Shown here one piece after another: positions 59,212 to 64,000 of a DNA stretch of 64,000 bases; position 1 is the stretch's first letter, and each line of letters opens with the position of its first letter. The notes beneath the pieces were generated by a model. That model saw only the letters and a list, made by a program, of their open reading frames with translations, was not told the DNA's origin and searched no databases. The position numbers and the translations under genes were made by a program. Source of the DNA: Petromyzon marinus (Eukaryota); the NCBI RefSeq assembly GCF_048934315.1, contig NC_133715.1, positions 10,945,698 to 11,009,697 of the forward strand, given 5' to 3'.

Positions 59212-59666
59212 GTTCCTAGCGCGTTGATCGCCGATTTGATGAGCTCGCATGATCTCAGGCTGCCCACCGTTACCGACTGCGTGCAGACAGAGAGCGGTCT
59301 GGCTGTTCGGTTCGATCGGCGTGAAATGTACAGCAGGGTACTGGGAAGACACCCCGCATCGGACCTCATGAGTGATGCTGGCACACCAGAAGGCCACAGG
59401 GCGTCACTTGAAGGCACGGCAGACCAACCGTCTGTTAAAACGCTCTCGCTGAACTGCTGTTTGCCAAATGAGCGCTCGTCGAGCGAGGATGGTTATTGTT
59501 GCGAGTGTCAGGAACACGGGAATTTACCAGAAGTTGCAAAGCGAGAGCTCCGAAGTTCCGTGGTGGTCAACTGTCCGTGTCTGCAACGATGCGAGCCGCT
59601 CACACCAGGGCATCTGCGTTCTGTTCTCCTTGCCCATCAGCTGTCAAGACTGCTTTCGCTTGATGG
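59212..59666 (+). CDS. Candidate gene, exon 2; VPSALIADLMSSHDLRLPTVTDCVQTESGLAVRFDRREMYSR...SSEDGYCCECQEHGNLPEVAKRELRSSVVVNCPCLQRCEPLTPGHLRSVLLAHQLSRLLSLD
   Basis: Acceptor ccgctgtgtgtgtgtgcgcag|GTTCCT. Donor GATGG|gtgagg. 455 nt, phase 0 in and phase 2 out, which fits exons 1 and 3. Protein identity unknown. Confidence 0.45.
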
Positions 59667-60337
59667 GTGAGGATGACCCGTTTATTACTTAGTGCGTGTC
59701 CCATTGCATTGATACATCGGGAAAACAGTTGCATACACTTCTCATGGTCTTGTGCCATCACTTGGAACTCTTCCCACATAACACCTGTAGATGCTATAAC
59801 CTGTACTGAGGGGGCAAATGCTGTATTACTGAGGCGATTGATATATCAAAATCTAGGGTTAAGTGTGATTAATTTATTGTCACAGCCCCATCACCAATGA
59901 CTGCACAAAAACACTCGATAAAATTTAGTTTCCACGTAATGTGGGAAAAAAATCAACTCTTAGAACAACAATTTTGCTATCAGGAGGTGGAAATGAGCAC
60001 CACCCTTTAGTGTGTAGTTCTGTGATAACTCATGTGAGCTGCTGCCTAACACGGGGTGGGTAATGCACAGCTCTGCAAGAGTTACAAATTGATTCTTCAT
60101 CTCATGATGCTGATAGCACGATCGGAGTAAAATTTGGAATTAAACTTAAACATTAAATAATTGTGTTAAGAAACTAAATGTGATAAAACGTAAGTAACGT
60201 GAAAAATAAATGTGGCGTATAGTACTGTAGTAGATGAACGCTTGTGCCATATTGACTTTGCATTCAGTTTCAACTCTTTGCTGACCCTTTGATCCTCGAT
60301 ATAAGAATGAGACGTGCTTTGTATATTATTTGCGCAG

Positions 60338-60788
60338 CTATCACGTGTACAAATGTCCAGCCATCAAGGAAGGGGCACACGTGGAGGTCCTGAAACCACT
60401 CCGGGTTGAGTGGCCGACATTACCAGCCGAGAAAACAGCGGCGCACGGTGACTCTGATCCTCTCACTGACCCCGTGGCGGAGTGCCGGTCGCGGCTCCTG
60501 CAGTCAGGGTTCGCGGAGCCAGTGGAGAGGCAGAGTGCGACCGAAACCAAACTCTCACGCCGTTCCGAGCCGGAACTGGAAACGAACAGGAAGAAGGAGA
60601 AAGCGGAGAGGGAAACCAGAGTGGCGAACGAGGCAAAATCAGCTCGTTCATCTCCTGATCAAATGTACAGAGTCAACCTCCAGCAGTTTGTGAGCACGCA
60701 TTGCCTTGAAGGGATGGACCCAAATCTAAACACCGTCTTGGGTAAATATATGGCGTGCAGGAATGCACTGATCCCTCAATTAAAATAG
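60338..60788 (+). CDS. Candidate gene, terminal exon; (G)YHVYKCPAIKEGAHVEVLKPLRVEWPTLPAEK...GKYMACRNALIPQLK*
   Basis: Acceptor atattatttgcgcag|CTATCA requires a phase-2 upstream exon. Stop TAG at 60786-60788. AATAAA at ~60905. Confidence 0.45.
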
Positions 60789-61374
60789 ATTATTACACTT
60801 ACAATATATGCAACTAATCATGTGTGTCAGAATGGATTGTTTTTAATTTATGCGAATGAATTGCTAATTATAAGCTCAGGAAATGAAACATCTTATGGGA
60901 CAAAATAAAGAAATGCTAACAAAACGGTAAAAGTGAGACAATAATTTATTCTTTTATCAATTAATCAAAATCGCTGCAGAAGGGGAAAATTAATCAATAC
61001 ATGCCGAGTAAATATGTTCCTTGCACATTCATATTTTGTACTGTGTTGAACGAACAGCATCTCACTTTTGGGTTTGAACATGGCGGTGATTCGTTGTGAA
61101 TCTGATTGGATGTTTAAACATTGTTTGTGCTGTGGGTTTCATGCAGTTGATGACGAATACTTGGCTCAAGTGGTCGAGTTGGAAGCTGCGCTGAATGGCT
61201 GCCAAGGCGGTGAGGTAAGTTTTCCTGTCTGCGCACACTTACTGGATGCCTCTTGGTCATAATGCTCCACTGTACTTGCAATCCAGAGGTCGCTGGTTCG
61301 ATTTCCTGGCGCCCCATTTGAAATAATCGTGCAAGTTTCTTAAATCCCCCCCCCCCCCAACCTCTAGCCCTGGT

Positions 61375-61672
61375 GGCGGGCTGTTAACTACCTCATCTGG
61401 TATGCAGGAGGACGTGGGTTCAATCCCGACCCTGACACGTATATATTTGGAGTTAGCATATTCTCCCCGTTGTTGCATGTATTTTTCTCTGGGTCCTCTG
61501 GTTTTTGACCTCCACATTTAGTATCAACATGCGTTTAAAGTATTTGGCGTATATACATTTGCACATGATAAGCCACTTCGTTGAGCTATCATTTGTGACC
61601 AGGTCGCTTCTGAAAAAGAGCTATTATAGGTCAGTGGGCCTTACCTGGTAAAAGAAAAATAAAAAAAATGGT
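61375..61672 (+). mobile_element. SINE family B copy
   Basis: Same consensus; A-rich tail aaaaataaaaaaaatgg. Confidence 0.6.
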
Positions 61673-64000
61673 TTTAGTTTAGAAGAATAAATGGGAATAC
61701 CAGAGTTGGTCAATCTGCTAGTCATATGTGCTGGTGGGGTAACGTGTGAATTCAGTTCCAAATTCAGTTTCTGAAGAAGATCCCATAATGTGGGGCGAAA
61801 CGTCCACCAAGGCTCAACACCAGATGGGACAACCCAAAAAAACATTGAAGAGCTATAAAGCACAACTGCTAAAACCTACACAGTGATACAAGATCAGTTT
61901 GCTACTGCATTTCCAGTGTGTTCATTGCATGTCTGTTTATGTTTTCAGACCCGTCTTCTGCATATCGTTTGTTGCGAAGAGGAGTTTAACCAGCAGAAAG
62001 TTCATTTGCTTCTTCAGTTGGTTGGTCAGAGTGATGCTGTGAAGATGCAGGTGAACTCCACATAGAAACAAAAGCAAAAGCGTCACGCAAACATAACGTG
62101 CAAGTTGAATAAATATTCACTGTAATAAATATTAACTCTTAGAAATTGCACGAATATCCATTTCTTTCGTGACGGCCATTACAGTAAAACCTTGGATTGC
62201 GACATAATTCGTTCCGGAAACGTGTCTGTAATCCAAAGCACTCGTATATCAAAGCGAATTTCCCCATAAGAAATAATGGAAACTCAGATGATTCGTTCCA
62301 CAACCCAAAAAATTTCATATAAAAATGATTAATACAAAATACCTTTTTATATTTTTATTATTTAAATGTAATTTAAAGTAATCAAATTCATTAATTAAAT
62401 TTAATCGTGGATGGTGTGAGGGAGACGAGAGAGAGGAGAGAATGAGGGTTATTGTGCAGGACGACTTTCGGAATCACTGCTATCTGTTGGCTCACTGGAA
62501 TATTTTTCTTTTTGTGCGACTTTAACAAGGAACCTATCCAATGACACTTGCTTTTGCCTCCTTTTAAAGGATTTCACGGAATCCTTTAAAAGGGCCATTG
62601 TTGCAGTACAGTTACTAAAGAACAGTCACTGCACTTGGACACAAAATTAAAAAAATGCTTTACGCACACACACGTGGTCACAGTAAACAGTATACGCTCG
62701 CACGGATGTTGACTATACGAGTGAGGCACGCCGACTGAGACCGAGCATGGAAAACGATTACCCACAATCCCGCAGCGAGAGAGAGAGAAGAACCATTGGC
62801 TCAGTTGTGATCACGTGACGCTCGGCAGACAAAGCGTGTACGTACTACTCGTATTGCAAGACCTCGCTCGTTAATCAAGTTAACATGTATTTTTAAAAAA
62901 TCGCTCGTTTTGCAAAACACTCGCAGACCAAGTTACTCGCAATCCAAGGTTTTACTGGACTTTGTTATTTAGGTAAGTTAATAGTGCTCTCTGGCCTTCA
63001 CTGGTGTCGTCAGCCCATTCACCATACCCTGTATGTGCCTATGACCCATATGATTCATTATGCATGGCTATTGCTCACGATTCGTTGTACACAAATGTTT
63101 TTCAAAATAAATGTTTTACACTGCACGTCAAATATAATTTGAAACACAATGATTTAATTCAGCCATCTACGAATAATGTCTGCTCTAGGGGCTAGTTGCA
63201 TGACACCTCCGAGAGTCAATACATATTCTGGACTCTTTTCATAAAAACAATGTCTGTAGTATTGATTTTGCTTTGGAGAAAATCACCGACCAGCCTGCAA
63301 CGTCTCATGTATTCTTTGCAACAGAGGCACGTGGTGGTTGGCAGTGTGAAGACGGGAGAAGGGACTTCGCAGGTTGACGCACTTGATTATTTGCGGTACG
63401 CTACTTTTATCCTGGGTGTGGTGTTTGGTGCAGTGGTTTTCGTGCTGAGCTGTAAACCCGGAGATCCTGTTTGGTGCAGTGGTTTTCGTGCTGAGCTGTA
63501 AACCCGGAGATCCAAGTCTCATTCCCTGCCATGGCTAACATCAGCTGTGGGTGCTGTCTGCACAAATCCTGGGCCACCCCTTCACCAGCCTGTGCTCACC
63601 AGCATGGTGAAGTATAGCCAAATAACGCCCATGCCTGACATGGGGTGGAGTGACTTTGATCTAGGAGTGGACTTACAAAGGGCTGTAAATTATTATAATT
63701 ATGAAGGGATTTTAATTAATTTGGGGTCACATTGTGTTTATATGTGTTACAACACGAGATACTTGAGCACTCTACATTGTATTGGATGGGAAATAGATGT
63801 ATCCCACCCAGAAATGATATTTTAATTTTTGTTTTAAGTTTTCTATGAGGGAAACTGTTCAACCGTTAAATGATATCCAAACTTAGAAATCGACAGCATA
63901 CCTGCTGCTCTAGACAAAGCTCTAATTACACGTGCTGTTTTGTCTAAGCATTCATATACAGTCCACTGTCAGATGTTGGCCTCTGAGTGTTATTTGACCA

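Overview
The window reads as vertebrate nuclear DNA. The tRNA-Cys sequence is identical to the vertebrate consensus, and the interspersed SINEs carry a fish-type conserved core. No prokaryotic-style operon, CRISPR array or defence island is present.

The main feature is a near-complete PARP4 (vault poly-ADP-ribose polymerase) gene on the minus strand. I reconstruct 33 coding exons from the ATG at 47418 to the stop at 11362. Every splice phase is consistent across the 33 exons. Together they give a 5643-nt, 1880-codon open frame with the PARP4 domain order BRCT, PARP regulatory, PARP catalytic, VIT, VWA, a long divergent exon, and an MVP-binding-like C-terminus. The PARP4 assignment rests on my recall of the human protein.

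PARP4's introns and flanks are full of repeats. These include two SINE families (one tandemly duplicated), LINE fragments, a miniature inverted-repeat element with cAMP-response-element-like palindromes, and foldback elements. They also include many minisatellites and satellites, one a 1.9-kb 13-bp satellite.

Upstream of PARP4, on the plus strand, lies a candidate 3-exon gene of unknown identity (55126–60788). Its first intron holds an apparently intact hAT DNA transposon at 56054–58442. The element has 15-bp terminal inverted repeats, a perfect 8-bp target-site duplication, and an uninterrupted 645-aa transposase ORF.

Downstream of PARP4 there is a divergently oriented pair of tRNA-Cys(GCA) genes at 6093–6360.
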